From Batkoa obscura (taxonomy: Eukaryota): a stretch of 64,000 bases of DNA. Made by a program: the position numbers and the translations under genes. The notes beneath the pieces were generated by a model that worked only from the letters and a program-made list of their open reading frames with translations, was not told the DNA's origin and did not search any database. Positions 27,914 through 41,130 of this stretch are shown piece by piece. The stretch spans positions 186,001-250,000 of the forward strand of contig JASVEC010000019.1 of the NCBI GenBank assembly GCA_030770535.1. The letters run 5' to 3'. How positions within the stretch are numbered: position 1 is the first letter of the stretch; the number at the start of each line of letters is the position of its first letter.

Positions 27914-28867
27914 TAATTTTTTAAATAAACTTTACTCATTTTATGGCTTCCTCCCTCTTTAGAATCGTAAGCCTTTGATAATAATCAATTTCAAAGTTAA
28001 TTTTTCTCACTAATTCACCAAAAATTATAACATAAAGGCATCTGACTCAAAGTACAAGCGTTTGTCCCCATGATGTAAACAGCTCATTCAGAGATGAGCT
28101 GACCATGATTCCGTAATAGTTGTACTCAGTTTTCAATACTATGAAGTCTACCCACATGTTTATATTTTCAATTTTTTACCCCCTCCACTTTATCTTAAAC
28201 CTTTTCTAAGCTCAAGAGGCTGAAATTTCAATATCTATCGTTTTAAATTAGGCTTATACTTTTTCTGATCCTATGTTAAATAAAATAATATAAGACGTTA
28301 TTATGAAAATTAAAAAAAGAAAAAACAAGATAGCAAAATGTTCATTCCTCCATCGCTTGAAATTGATATAAAGCACAGGTTCTTTACTTGTTTTATCATT
28401 AGGGCTTTATAGCAATTATATCTGCTGTTTGTCTATTCCAGTCTACATAATCAAAGCTATAATTTAAAGGATATTTTTTATCCTTAAAATCATAATTTCT
28501 TGATTTTAAATAAATTCTGCTTCTCATTCTGAAGAGATTTATCATTCATATATAAACTAACATCCCTTAAAGGGTCAAAACAATCTTTTATACTTTTTTA
28601 TATAGCATGATCAATTGCATGGTTCAATAATCTACCTAAACGGTTATTGACTATTAGAAAAAAAACATATAGAACTATAGGGGTAGTGGCTTAGTTATGC
28701 TCTTTATTTTCAATAATTTATCACTTATAGATTATTTAGGATTTTGGCTGGTTTAGGAGTTTTAAAAAAAATATTAGGTACTAATATAACTCATACGTAA
28801 AAAACCATAAAATATGTTCAGTATAAAAGATAGATAAGAGTATATTGAAGAATAAAAATATAGAGAA

Positions 28868-30448
28868 TCAATCCTTATCTACTGGTCCAACACGTTTAAG
28901 AAAAAGAGATAGAATAGCTCCAATTGAGAAAAATATAATAAAAGTATAGAGAACGGCTTTAAAAGCATCTGTATGGTAGCTTCTAATGACGTTTTCTAAT
29001 TCAGGACTTAAAGTAGAAATATAAGAAGTATTATTGATCAAAGCGCTGATATCTATCTCTGAAGAATATTTTGACAATAGTCTAAGTAAAACATTTTGAT
29101 AAATAGCACCTGAAATAATCACCCCAATAATCCCACCAAAATGAAAAAAGAATCGAATCATTGAACCAACTGCTTGAGATTCGATTTCATTTAATCCTAC
29201 CTGAGATATGACATTACTCATTTTTAAATTACCGCCAATACTTAAACCTACTAATGCTAATGAGCAAAACAATTTAACTTTAGTAACTTCAAGACTCATA
29301 AAATAACTCAATAAAATAGCACCTAAAACACCAACCAAAGTACTAAATGTTAAAATTGGTCGATGTACATTGGTTTTTGTTGTAATTGGACCAATAATAA
29401 AGAAAGCTACTATAATACCAGCAATCATGGGTACTACGCCGACAACTGAATCTTTTGAAGAAGTAGATTGAAGTACTTGATAATAATATAAGAAATAAAT
29501 AATTGATACAAAAAATACTGCTCCATTAAAAAATATAATTGCACAACAGAGGATACCATTTTGTGCTAAAAAAGGGCATTTTAATATTGGGTCTTTTGAT
29601 AGTTTCAATTGTGTAAAAACAAAACCAAAAAGTAGCAAGATACTTAATACTAAAGCTAAAATAACAGCAATTGAATCCCAAGGATAAACCTGATTAGCCC
29701 AGTTTAAAGATAAAGCTAATAATATTATAAACGAAAAGAGAGTTACTGTTCCTAAATAGTCAAATTCTGAGATCATAATATCTGAATCAATTTTGAACTC
29801 GTTTGGTAAAAGGAAAACAAGGATAATGAACGCCACACTAATAGGTGGAATAATTATATAAAAGCACCATCTCCAAGTTAAATCTTTTAGGAATATATCA
29901 TTTAAAAAAGATCCCAATATAGAGACAAGTGTGAATATTCCAATGGCCATTTTGGTATAAGTCTCAAACTTGTCTTTTGGTACGATTTCTCTAATTATTA
30001 AAATACATGAAATTAATAATCCACCTGCACCAAATCCCATAATGACTCTAGCAACAATCAACATAGTAAGGTTAACTGATAATCCAGCTATGATAAGGCC
30101 AATCAAAAAAACCAAAAGTGAGCATAAAATGGTGCTTTTGGGACTATATTTAAAACACAATCTAACGATTTGTTTTTCGATAATAAAAGCAGCTGATAAA
30201 TAAGCAATGCTAAACACACTTAACTTTGAAAGTTCATTAAATCTGGATGCTATTGGTATAAGTAATGTAATAATTATGGTCTGATCAAAAGCTGTGGATG
30301 CAATGATAAGAAATAATGCAAATAAAATAATTATAAGTTGAAACTTATTTAACTCTATTGCTGGCTTTTTGATTTCTAAATCGGTAGTACTACCAGCAAC
30401 TGATGGCTGAATTTCAATATCACTTTCTACTTGATGTTTGTTTACCAT
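28868..30448 (-). CDS. MFS drug:H+ antiporter-like (DHA2, ~14 TM)
   Basis: AFDQTII, MLIVARVIMGFGAGG, LTWRWCFYI, FDYLGT; ATG at 30448 lies ~45 nt below a TATATAAA. Confidence 0.88.
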   Translation of the reverse strand: MVNKHQVESDIEIQPSVAGSTTDLEIKKPAIELNKFQLIIILFALFLIIASTAFDQTIIITLLIPIASRFNELSKLSVFSIAYLSAAFIIEKQIVRLCFKYSPKSTILCSLLVFLIGLIIAGLSVNLTMLIVARVIMGFGAGGLLISCILIIREIVPKDKFETYTKMAIGIFTLVSILGSFLNDIFLKDLTWRWCFYIIIPPISVAFIILVFLLPNEFKIDSDIMISEFDYLGTVTLFSFIILLALSLNWANQVYPWDSIAVILALVLSILLLFGFVFTQLKLSKDPILKCPFLAQNGILCCAIIFFNGAVFFVSIIYFLYYYQVLQSTSSKDSVVGVVPMIAGIIVAFFIIGPITTKTNVHRPILTFSTLVGVLGAILLSYFMSLEVTKVKLFCSLALVGLSIGGNLKMSNVISQVGLNEIESQAVGSMIRFFFHFGGIIGVIISGAIYQNVLLRLLSKYSSEIDISALINNTSYISTLSPELENVIRSYHTDAFKAVLYTFIIFFSIGAILSLFLKRVGPVDKD

Positions 30449-31032
30449 TCTCAATTTTTCGATAAATGTTCATTTTGTATAATGTATTTATATAATCTCT
30501 ACTAATATCAATGACAATCACCCCTTGGTTTGTCCTTTAATCATTGACGGGTTTATATTGATAGCATTAGTTCAACAAATTGAAATTCAACTAAATTTAG
30601 TAGTAATTGAAATTCTATTTAGCTTGTTTTGAATTATTAGTTTTTTCTATAATTGTTCTAATTAACTTGCATTAATTCCCTTTAACGAATTTGCCGCCTT
30701 TGGATTGTTGTAATACAATGGATATTCATAGATGACTTTGTTTTTTTTGATAGGAGATTACTAAAGAGTATATAGAACTTTAATGCTAATAAATTTTTCT
30801 AAGTAATTTTTGTTTATAAACATAAAAAAATTAGCTATTGGTTATAACAGCTTTTATTTTTTTAAACAAAAAGCTAAAGTTAGCTACAGAAAACTCTACA
30901 TAATTCAAGGGTTAGAACTAACATCAGTGATAAAGTAACTAAACATAATTTAAACATTTTCAAATTGAATCAAATCACAAAAATCAAACCAAATAAAAAA
31001 TTAGCTAATTTTAATACATATTTTTAAAGAAA

Positions 31033-31830
31033 TCAAATACTACTTATATTTGAGGATCTCGAAGGAAACATGGAAATAGATCTGGTGCTAGAAGTTGACT
31101 CCAATCTCTCTCTCGTATAGATGTACTCTTGACCAATACCATCACAATCTTCATTCAATTCATTAGGATCCCCACCGATTAAAGCATAGATTTCCCTTAA
31201 GCTAGGGAAATGTGCCATTTTATTTGGACGAAAATCATATATCAATTTGCCATCTGGGTCAATAACAAAGGTACCACCAAGCTGACGTAAATCCCCTGTA
31301 AAATTATTAGAGATCCCTTTCGATTTTAAATTTGATAATAATTTCATAAAATGTTTGGATAACAAGCAAGATAATTGATGTAATCTTGAAGCTCTTTTTA
31401 ATCCAGCAGCTTTATAAACTTTTCTTTCTGGATCTAAATAAATATCCCATCGCCAATATCCTAACGATAAAAAAGAGTGTAAATCCACATCTTCAAACGC
31501 TATAGCTATCATGCGTACATCATACTCTTCAAATAAAGGTTGCATATCTGACATCATTTTAGCTTCTTGTTTACATAAACAGCAACCTAACCTTGATAAC
31601 ACTTTAATAATTACTGTTTGTCCTTTCCATATGTCACTCATTAACACTTCTTCTCCATTAGTTGTATTTATTTTCAAACCTTCAAATAAGTTTCTTTGGG
31701 TTGATTTTGTTTGACATTTATAATACAATGCTTCTTTCCTTGTTGATCGTGAAGTGCCAAGTGCCTCATAATTACTTAGAATTAATGAGCTTGGGTAGCT
31801 GTAAAATAAACAATTAGCGCTTGGAGACAT
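31033..31830 (-). CDS. PRXL2/AhpC-TSA_2 protein, paralog 2
   Basis: Same length and motifs as paralog 1; homologous flanks. Confidence 0.85.
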   Translation of the reverse strand: MSPSANCLFYSYPSSLILSNYEALGTSRSTRKEALYYKCQTKSTQRNLFEGLKINTTNGEEVLMSDIWKGQTVIIKVLSRLGCCLCKQEAKMMSDMQPLFEEYDVRMIAIAFEDVDLHSFLSLGYWRWDIYLDPERKVYKAAGLKRASRLHQLSCLLSKHFMKLLSNLKSKGISNNFTGDLRQLGGTFVIDPDGKLIYDFRPNKMAHFPSLREIYALIGGDPNELNEDCDGIGQEYIYTRERLESTSSTRSISMFPSRSSNISSI

Positions 31831-32282
31831 TGTTTGGTAAATTAAGTAGATTAGTTGAAATGGTTTTTTAAAGAGAAAAAGTATTAGAGGAATGGTTTAA
31901 ATACGTTTTTTTATTACAATAAAGTTTAATTAAAAGGTGTAAAATGCTAAGCTTCCAGCCTGAAAGTAGCATTTATTGATCAAATTTAAAATCTTAATTT
32001 AGATCAAAGCACAGTCTTGTTTAGGGGCCTTCTTAATATAGCTATTAAAGTTTGAATATAAAATATTTTTAATAGACTTAATTCAAATATACATTGGGTA
32101 TTTTCATTTTGTATTTTCTCAATATAAAACTCGGAAAATTGGTACAAATAAAGTTACCAAATATATATATAAATATCTAATTTGTGTTTCAATTTAACTT
32201 GGTAAAAGGCTGTACGTTGGATTTCAACAGCTGTAAATCAACACTGAAAGTTTCAAGCCTAGTATAATTTCAAAACATCATA

Positions 32283-32505
32283 TGGGAATGTATTTTTTGT
32301 TTAAGAACTTGTGATAGTCTTTCCACTCAAATAGTACTTAAAAAATGGAAAAAGTGATGAAGCCAAAAAAACATCTCCATATTATACTTTTAAAAACTAT
32401 ACATGGGGCTGTTTTTTTTTTACTTTATTATTTTTTCTATCTTTTAAGCACTATTTGAGGGGGAAATTTGTTAGTAAAATTCCTAAACATAAAAATACAT
32501 CACCA
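32283..32505. mobile_element. Two MITE A copies in inverted arrangement (32283-32379 -, 32404-32505 +)
   Basis: Both carry the family termini and core; absent from the paralogous region near 25620-25650. Confidence 0.8.
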
Positions 32506-32772
32506 TATGTAGCTTTTTTAAAATATTTTATAAAAATAACATTATTTTATTGTTTAGTCATATATATAAAAGTAAATTTAAAACTTTAAAAGCTTTTGTG
32601 AGTTAACTCCTCTCTATGATAACCCTCAAACATTTTAAAGTTTCCACTCTTCTCAATAAATACTTATAAACAAAACGTTATCTTTAATTTCTATTTAAAC
32701 AAATTTAAATGCCATTAATTCCATATCTTTAAAAAATACCATCAATTTTTTAAACTACGCTTTATAAGCATT

Positions 32773-32848
32773 TATAGAGGATACACCAATGGTTCAAATG
32801 TTTTGTAAAAATTTATAAGAGATTAGAACCATAACTGTATCCACTATA
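32773..32848. repeat. Imperfect 76-bp palindrome
   Basis: TATAG-A-GGATACA-CCA-ATGGTTC...GAACCAT-AAC-TGTATCC-A-CTATA. Confidence 0.7.
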
Positions 32849-33035
32849 TGACTTGATACACAAAATTGAAAAAAGCTTAAATGTAGATTTTTTATATGTA
32901 CCTATAGTTTTAATATAGGTGATAACTTTATTTCAAAAATAAGGATTCTGATCCTCAAAAAGACGATTTGAATTATAGTATCTGTGATAAGGATACAAAA
33001 CTAGTCTACCGCTCTCCTGATATGAATCTAGCATA

Positions 33036-34006
33036 TAAGGGTGTTTTTTTTAGTTTCATTACTTTTTCCATTTTTCAAATACTATTTGAGGGGAAAATTT
33101 ATTGGCAAAATTCTTTAAAAAAATATCATCATATAAAGTTGAGGCATATTTCATTCTAGTTTATTAATGCCTTCTATCAGAAATATAGTATATATATGGT
33201 GACCAAGATAAAAGATTTAAAGTTTAAATAATAAAAGGTTTTGAATAAAACCTATGGAATTATAGTGGTGGACAATGTATGTCTATAGCTTTTAAACGTT
33301 AAATAATAAAGTTATAGCTGTTGTTACTGCCTTGAGACTTTTTTAGTAATGATTGTTATAACAAAACATTTGTATAGCCAATTTTTTTAAGGTTGATGCT
33401 TATAATTTATTAATTTTATCATAATTTTCTTCTTAAATAAGAAGGTATATAGATCAGGTATATAGATCCCAAAAGAGCTGGAATAGCTGTAAGTAAAATT
33501 TTGTTAAAGTAGATAAAAACAATGGAAAATACAGATTTGCTTTATTTTTTGCCCATTTTATCCAATAAAAATTAGACACTAAAATCTTAAAAAATATCAC
33601 TAAATTTGAATATCAAGGTATGGGGACGTATTTTTGCGTCTAAGAATTTTACTAGCAAATTTTCCGCTTAAATAGTGCTTAAAAAATAGAAAAAATAATG
33701 AAGTTAAAAAAAACAGCCCTATATATAATAGATATCGACAAATTAAACACTTCAAAAATGTTGCATATAAACAGTAAAAAGTTTTTAGTATATGTTTTGT
33801 TTTAAAAACAAATTAATAGAAACTTTATGTTATTTCTTTTAAATTTAACTCTTATTCTAATTTTACTTTCTGCTTTTTATTTATTGTTCCACACAATAAT
33901 AAAATATGGAGATGTTTTTTTGGCTTCATTACTTTTTCTATCTTTTAAGCGTTATTTGAGTGAAAAAATTCTTAGTAAAATTCTTAAACGCAAAAATACA
34001 TCCTCA
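33036..34006. mobile_element. Three MITE A copies (~33036-33131 +, 33621-33721 -, 33907-34006 +)
   Basis: Family core and termini. Confidence 0.75.
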
Positions 34007-34906
34007 TATATTATTCAGTTACATATAAATTATTACTTCATACATTGATGAATGATTTTGACTTTTACTTAGATCCATTTTTTATAATACTATTAAGTAA
34101 TACTTTACTATTATTACGTTGTTTATATTAATGGTTTAATTTAGAAATTTAAAAGCAATATTATTTTTGACTTAAACAATAATATTGTGATGCTTTTTAT
34201 TAGTTGCCCTTTTTTGCTATTTTTTTAAATTTAAAAATCAACTAACTAGTATACTGTTTAAGCTTGAATTTGAATTAACTAACTGTTTATTTTAAATTAA
34301 AAACTGAGTTAATAACTTTCATATTAGCATGGTAAGGGAATTAGCTGATTATAAAATTCATCATTTGCCAACACAGACCTGAGCTTAAGCAGCACACTAG
34401 TTAGCTGATCTCTAAATTTTGAAGAAATAACAAAAAAAAGTTTTAAAATGCTTTGTTTTTATAACTTCAATAATAGTATTTTGATAAATATAAACTACTG
34501 AATATCGTAAATAAAAATAAATAAACGAGTTTTATGATAAACTATAATTTATGATTTTTTAATATATTTATTTTAAGAATAATAATAATTTACGGCATTA
34601 GAAAAATAATAAAAACAATGAAATAGTTAATAAATTTAGTAACAAAAGACTTATACTAAATTGTCGTATTTTTTCAATTTAATTTTTTAATTTTCAGATT
34701 TATTTCATTATTATTATCTTTAATAAAGTTTAAAATTGTTCTTGTAAATTAATTTAATTTTATTATAATATGTTAATTTTTATTTTTATTAGCTTTCTTT
34801 AAGATAACAAACTTCTAATAATAATAAAATAAATGCAATAATAAATAAAACTAATTGTATATTCATTATCACATAAACAATAATTTAGTTTTTTGATTTT
34901 TTTTGT

Positions 34907-34998
34907 TGTAAAATCTAGTACTCAGTGGTTAGAATTAAAAGCAGTTTTTGCTTGCTTGACGAGTCGTAAGCTGAAAAGTCTTAGTTTATGTACTAGAT
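34907..34998 (-). mobile_element. LTR fragment
   Basis: TGTAAAATCTAGTACTCAGTGGTTAGAATTAAAAGCAGTTTTTGCTTG matches the start of the 40341 and 41228 LTRs. Confidence 0.7.
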
Positions 34999-37421
34999 TC
35001 CATAGTTTTTTTAAAATATTTATTAATATTGTGCTATAAGCTAACTGATAAAAACAGTTATTACTTTATATCTGGCGCTAAAACCCTATACTTTGCATGT
35101 ATTTTACTTTTAAATAGAATACTTATTTTGCTTTTTTATTACTTTTGTTGTATTAAAATCAATTTTTTATATAAAGTTCGCAATAAAATATAATAATATC
35201 ATTATCAGTTTTTGAACAAAATAATCAATTTTTAATTATTCTCCTTTATTGTTTTAAATTTTAATTAGTTTTATACTTCTATTTTTAGTTTGTTTATTTA
35301 CAATATTAAATGAAGTAGTAAATAATAACTTTACTAGCGTTTATTATTTTAATATATCAAATCTGTGTGTGTATCATTAAAAAAACTTTTGATCTGTTTT
35401 ATGTAGATTGTTGTTTCCTTGGTACATTTGCCTTGTCGATTATTTTTTTCAGGTTTGTTCATTTTATTCTTATAAGATACTAGTAAAAAATGCAGCTTGG
35501 ATTTTAAAATAAACTTTTCCTTGTTATTTCATAAATTTCTTCTAATTTTGAAATAGCTTAAATCTAAAATAGTTGTGGCTGAGGAGGATGTTTCAAATTT
35601 TTTATCGAAAATCTAAATTAAATCCTCTAGAAAGTCTAAAACTATCATTTAGTTTTAACACTAGAAGTACTTTAAGACTAACTCTTAACCCTTAAGTTTG
35701 TTATCAGGTTTAATCAAATTTCATAATTTGACTAAAAAATGGATCATTGCGTTTAGAAAGTGTATCAGTATTTTTTTTAAAAAGGCAACCATTTATTGAA
35801 TTTGCTCAAATAGTTTCTAAGTATAATAAAAATCGATATTGCGCTATAAAAAACTAATCTTTTCGTAGTGACTTAATCATCTTGATTTCCATTCTAATTT
35901 TTGTCAGTTTAAAACATTATTAAAAAGCAACAACATTCAAGTAAGTCCTAGTTATGGAAATAGGATTTCAATGAAGCAAAATACTAATAAAACCAGAGTG
36001 TTAACATCCAACATTTCTATTTTTGTTATATACGAATATCTTTTTTGGTTTCAATGAAAAGGCATTGCCATATCCAAATTACTTAATAACAAAGAAACAA
36101 AGTAAGCTATTTTATTAGCATCTAGTTTTTAGTATCTTCTCAGATCTCAAAATACTAAGTTTATATTAATTTTATTTATTATTAGAAATATTAATATTAA
36201 CATTTATAATATTTTTCGATAGGATAGTAAAATTAAATTCCAAAAAAATACTAATTAAAACCCTGTATAAATGGCGCAATAATTATTTTAAAAATATCAC
36301 TCTTATTTGGATCAATCGAAATGTACTAGCAACACAATTCATTTGTTTCTTTGATTTGAATTCAATTTTATTTTATTTTCATACTTTTGAGGAGTAAAAT
36401 CATAAAAGTGTTTTGTTTCTGAAACGTTTAATAGAAATGAGTAGATAGGTAAGATGGGGAAGGAGGCGATGTAGAACAAACACTATTAGTTAAGCTTGAG
36501 GTAAAAACTGTGACTCAGATTTATTCTCGATTGAATTTTTATTTGATGAACAAAGAGATACTTTTATTCAAATTCATTTGAAACCCTAACTTACTCAAAT
36601 GGTTGTAACCGCTAGTAAAAAGCAATTTTTAAAATTTATTTATAGTAATCTGGTAAAAGCTTTTATTTTAATATAAATCAGTATAGCAACTCAAAGTTAA
36701 TTTTGGAATAATAGCTAGCAAAATCGAGGCTAAACCTATTGATTTTTTTCATTGTTTCAAGGACTGATGCCTATATTAGGACATTGTAAAAATAAAAATT
36801 CCCATAGTGATCAACATATCTTACTTAATAAGCTTATTTAAGTTTGATTTTACTTTACTTGTGGACAACTTCTATAAAAATGATTCATTAAAAATATTAA
36901 GTTTGATCATACTTTTAATTTAATATTTTTAGTTCAATTTAATTATATAAAATTAGATTTTTAAATTCTTTAAATATAGCTGCTACAACTCTGTTGCAAC
37001 CTAGTTAACCGTTCATTTAAGAATAAGTTTTTGCAAAAATTAAGCTAAAATTTTAAATTAAACTTTAAAAAACCAAATAAATAGCTGATAGATGCTAAAA
37101 ATTATCATAGAAATTCACAGTAAAGCTGCAGTAACTGTAATAAGCTTTCAGAAATAAATCATGAATAAAATTTTGTCTCCACTAATAAAATATTTAGGAA
37201 CTTCAATCGTTTCAATACGTTAAAAAAGATGTAAATACTTCACACCTCCAAATTTCAAAAAATATTCATAAATAATTCAGAATTTGTCATAATAAAGTAA
37301 AAAAAGCTATCTTTAAAACAATTAATAATGTATTTATTTCGCTTATATTTAGTATTATTGATTAAAAACACATAATGAGACGCTTTGTATTATTTAATAA
37401 AAAAACATTGGAGGTAGTTAT

Positions 37422-38657
37422 TCACAAATATCTATCTAAAAAGAAATCTTCCTCAAGAAGAGCATCTGTAGTGATTCTTTTAGAAGGATCTGGATTAAGC
37501 ATTGATAAAACGATATTTTTAGATAAATTGGAACTAGGCCAATCAATATAACGTTTTATAAACATTTCTCTATCACGAACATAATCTGTAAAGCTAGACT
37601 GAGTTATACAAGCTAATGGCCAGGGTAGTTTTAATGTTACCATTACAAGATATATTATACCAAGGCTCCAAGTATCGCATAATTTTGCGTCATAAACTTT
37701 AGATTGAAGAACTTCCGGAGCAATGTATTGATCGGTACCACATACATCTATACATAAAGCAGGTCCAGGGGCATTAAATAGGACTGCATTTCCAAAATCT
37801 ATCACTTTAATTCCTCCATTTAAATCTAAGCATATATTTTCAAGTTTTAAATCTCTATGGGCTACCCCGTTTTCATGGAGATAGTTAACTACACTTACCA
37901 ATTGACGATAGTGATGATTAAGTTGGCCTATAGAGGCTTTTCCTTCATACACAAGTCTAGCTAAGGTTAATGGATAGTAGTTCATTATTAAAGCATAATC
38001 GTTTCCTATAACAGTGATATCCAATGTCGAACTATGCTTTATATCTTCAATCATCGAACTTATTATTGCTTCCTTTACGAATTTTTGATAATTGTCGGCT
38101 CCATCTTCAGATATCATAGGAACCTTTTTAATTGCAAATTTTTTCTTGTCGTGAGTTCTTTGTACTAAATAAACTTTTCCAAATGACCCATGTCCCAATA
38201 TACTCTCCTTGGGCTCAAACTTCTCTGGATAATCCATTTTCGTTAACGATAGAACTTCTCTGACTTGATCAATAGATAAACGATTAACTTGCTTTTCAAT
38301 TGAAGGCTTTAAAACTGATTTAATAATCTTTTTAGTAAAGTTGAAAATACCAGTTGGTCTAAATTTAGGAGAAAAGGGTATTCTATGGCTATAAATTTCT
38401 GAAGAGTTTGTGCCGGCTATGGATAAATCAGTATCATTTGAGTTAGTATTCACTGTAAAAAAGTTAGAATCCATAGATGAGCGAAGAGAAGATAATTTTG
38501 GGGAGTTATAATTTTCATCAACAGTTGCGTAAAGTTCCTCTGCAATTGATCCTCTACGTCCTCTTGAAGCAAAAGCTTTAGAACATGGTGGCTTGCCACT
38601 AAGAACGGATTCACATAAAGAACTCCTTCTACAATTAATTTTTGAATCAGCTAGCAT
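37422..38657 (-). CDS. Ser/Thr protein kinase, HAL5/NPR-like
   Basis: LGHGSFGKV, AIKK, HRDLKLEN, DFG, GTDQYIAPE, DTWSLG; Ser-rich N-terminus. Confidence 0.9.
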   Translation of the reverse strand: MLADSKINCRRSSLCESVLSGKPPCSKAFASRGRRGSIAEELYATVDENYNSPKLSSLRSSMDSNFFTVNTNSNDTDLSIAGTNSSEIYSHRIPFSPKFRPTGIFNFTKKIIKSVLKPSIEKQVNRLSIDQVREVLSLTKMDYPEKFEPKESILGHGSFGKVYLVQRTHDKKKFAIKKVPMISEDGADNYQKFVKEAIISSMIEDIKHSSTLDITVIGNDYALIMNYYPLTLARLVYEGKASIGQLNHHYRQLVSVVNYLHENGVAHRDLKLENICLDLNGGIKVIDFGNAVLFNAPGPALCIDVCGTDQYIAPEVLQSKVYDAKLCDTWSLGIIYLVMVTLKLPWPLACITQSSFTDYVRDREMFIKRYIDWPSSNLSKNIVLSMLNPDPSKRITTDALLEEDFFLDRYL

Positions 38658-40340
38658 TTAAATAATATTTCTTGTCACGGAATTAGTGACAGTATTTATA
38701 ATGTATTTTGCATGGTATCAAACATACTTTATATAAGAATAAATGAGATGGAATGGATAGTTCTAAAACCAACTCAAATTGATTTAATACTTACTTGGGC
38801 TTCTTTTGATATCAAAGTTTACTTAATATGGTTTACTTCCCCCTTTTAGATTTTTAACGCCCAGACTTTTAGTTAATCAAAATGGAACTTAATTTGATTA
38901 AAATTAATATCGGGAAAACCAAGGGTTAATAATGAAAATAGGTTGGTCTTAAACAGTAGAATTTTACAAAACAATTTGAAAACTTGAAAACTATTCTATG
39001 TCTTAGCTATCTGTCTTAGATGAAAGGCTTTCGGAAAAAAAGGTTTTTAGTCGACTCAAAGGTTTAAAAGAAAATATTCAAATATAATGAAATGATTCTT
39101 ATATTATAAATTCTAGAAGGTTAAATTGTATAACATTTTTTGGTTTTTAATTCTTTTTTAGCGCTCTAAAGCAATTTCTAATTTCATTATTGTGCTGATA
39201 CCATTGATTTGTGCTAAAATAAGGAGTATCTAGTTTTAAACTTTGTAGCATCTAAATTTTGCTTTCTTTCATAATTTCTTTATTTGTTATTTAATAGTCT
39301 TGCTTGCCTAAATGGAATTTTGTATTCTAAAAATACTAATGTTGCAGCTTTTTGAGGCTTTTTGTAATGATAGTTTATATAATCAAATTATTTACAGAGC
39401 TGATTTTTAAAGCATTCCTTATATTTTAGCGCAATTTTATTCTTAAATAAGCAGCTAATCAAACATAAAAAATTGGAACAACTGTAGTAGTCAATATATA
39501 TTTATTAAATTGGGTTTAAATCCAACTGTGGTGTGTAAATCGACATTTTTTTTTACAAAACACAGATTAAACATTAAAATTTACTAAATTTACCTAGAGT
39601 TTCTTTTACATGTTAATCAAATGAAAATATTATCATAATTACTACTATATTACATTTATTATTATTAGATATTACAACTTTTCTATTTTATATTCATTGT
39701 TTAGAAATAGTATAATTTACTATATTTACTAATAAGTTGATATTTAGAAGACAGAGTTTATTAAGTATTTATCCACAATTTTATATTTTAGCTGAAATTT
39801 AACTAGGTTTTTTAGATTAAATGCTATGAACTAATGTTTAACAAAAAAATAACCAATTAAAATTTGAAAATACTTTTCATTTATTATCTATTACCTGCCC
39901 TGCACCTTTAATATAAGGCCATTCTATATGTTCAGTTAGATTTTTGGGCAAATCTAATACGATAAGGGTGCAAAAATGCAACAATAAAAAGTTTTCTACA
40001 ATAAAATATATTTGCTTTTATAAATTAGATCTTTATCCATATAGCTAGTAATTCTCTAATTTTTTTAGTAAAAGATAGCTAAATGTATATTATTGGTTTA
40101 TATTTTTTTAAAACTATATAGTAATAATTTTCTATTTAAATTTACTTATAATTAAATTTTAATTAATAATTTCAATATCGTTTTTTTATATTTTAGTAAT
40201 TATTATAGCTAGATTTATATTATTAAAATTAGTTTGATTATTTATGAATTTACTCTTATATTTTATTAATGCCGTTCTATTAAAGTAAATAAAAAAATAA
40301 TTGCTATAAAATAATATTATTATATATATATAATTTCAAA

Positions 40341-40802
40341 TGTGAAATCTCGTACTTAGTGTTTGGAGTCAAAAGCAGTTTTTGCTTGATTGATGAGCCG
40401 TAAGTCGAAAGATCTTAGCTCATGTAACCAAGATAGACTTGAATTATCAAGAATAGCATGTAATATACTACATAGTATGTAAGACAAACAGAATAGACAA
40501 TACTACTGTAAAATCTACGTAAAATACTGTCAGAAAAACTTGATAGATTTATTAAAGATAGAATACCAGAGAATAACTCAATCAAAAAGCCCCGAATTAC
40601 CATGTTCTAGAACCTCTTTTATATTCCAACAAGTATGAGTATCAAGATGAGGGAATAATATTCTTTGTAATGAAATTAGAAACCCTTGCAGTAGATCAAA
40701 ATAAGGGACTCTGAATTGATTGTGCCTAAGCCTGAGAACGCAGCAACTTAAGTGATTATTATGTTGTAGTCAATCGTAAAGCTGATAAAGCGATATTCCA
40801 CA
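40341..40802 (-). mobile_element. Solo LTR (462 bp), a relative of the adjacent element's LTR
   Basis: TGTGAAATCT...AAAGCGATATTCCACA; colinear with 41228-41627 plus an extra ~60-bp segment also present in 1446-1913. Confidence 0.85.
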
Positions 40803-40874
40803 ACTTAAAGTTTAGTTATTTTATATCAATTGTAAATTTGAAAATTTGAAAAAAAGTGTATAAAATATTAGAAA

Positions 40875-41130
40875 AGGGGGTGTATTTTTATGTTTAAGAA
40901 TTTTACTAATAAAATTCCCACTCAAATAGCGCTTAAAAAATGAATAAAGTAATGAAATCAAAAAAAACATCCCCAAAATACAAAATTAAATTAATAATAA
41001 TATCAAAAATAACATAACTAGAAATAATAAATAGGGATGCTTTTTTTGGCTTCATTACTTTATTCATTTTTTAAGCGCTATTTGAGTGGGAATTATTAGT
41101 AAAGCTCTTAAACACAAAAACACATCCCCA
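40875..41130. mobile_element. Inverted pair of MITE A (~40875-40975 -, ~41032-41130 +)
   Basis: Near-complementary copies ~55 bp apart. Confidence 0.8.

Noticed and set aside
28048..28105. CAGCTCAT/ATGAGCTG hairpin with C/D-like boxes
   Set aside because: Imperfect C box and too short for a snoRNA; no guide identified
33827..34048. Short ORFs at 32968, 33827 and 55129 sharing FLASLLFLSFK-like text
   Set aside because: Similarity comes from MITE A sequence, not a protein family
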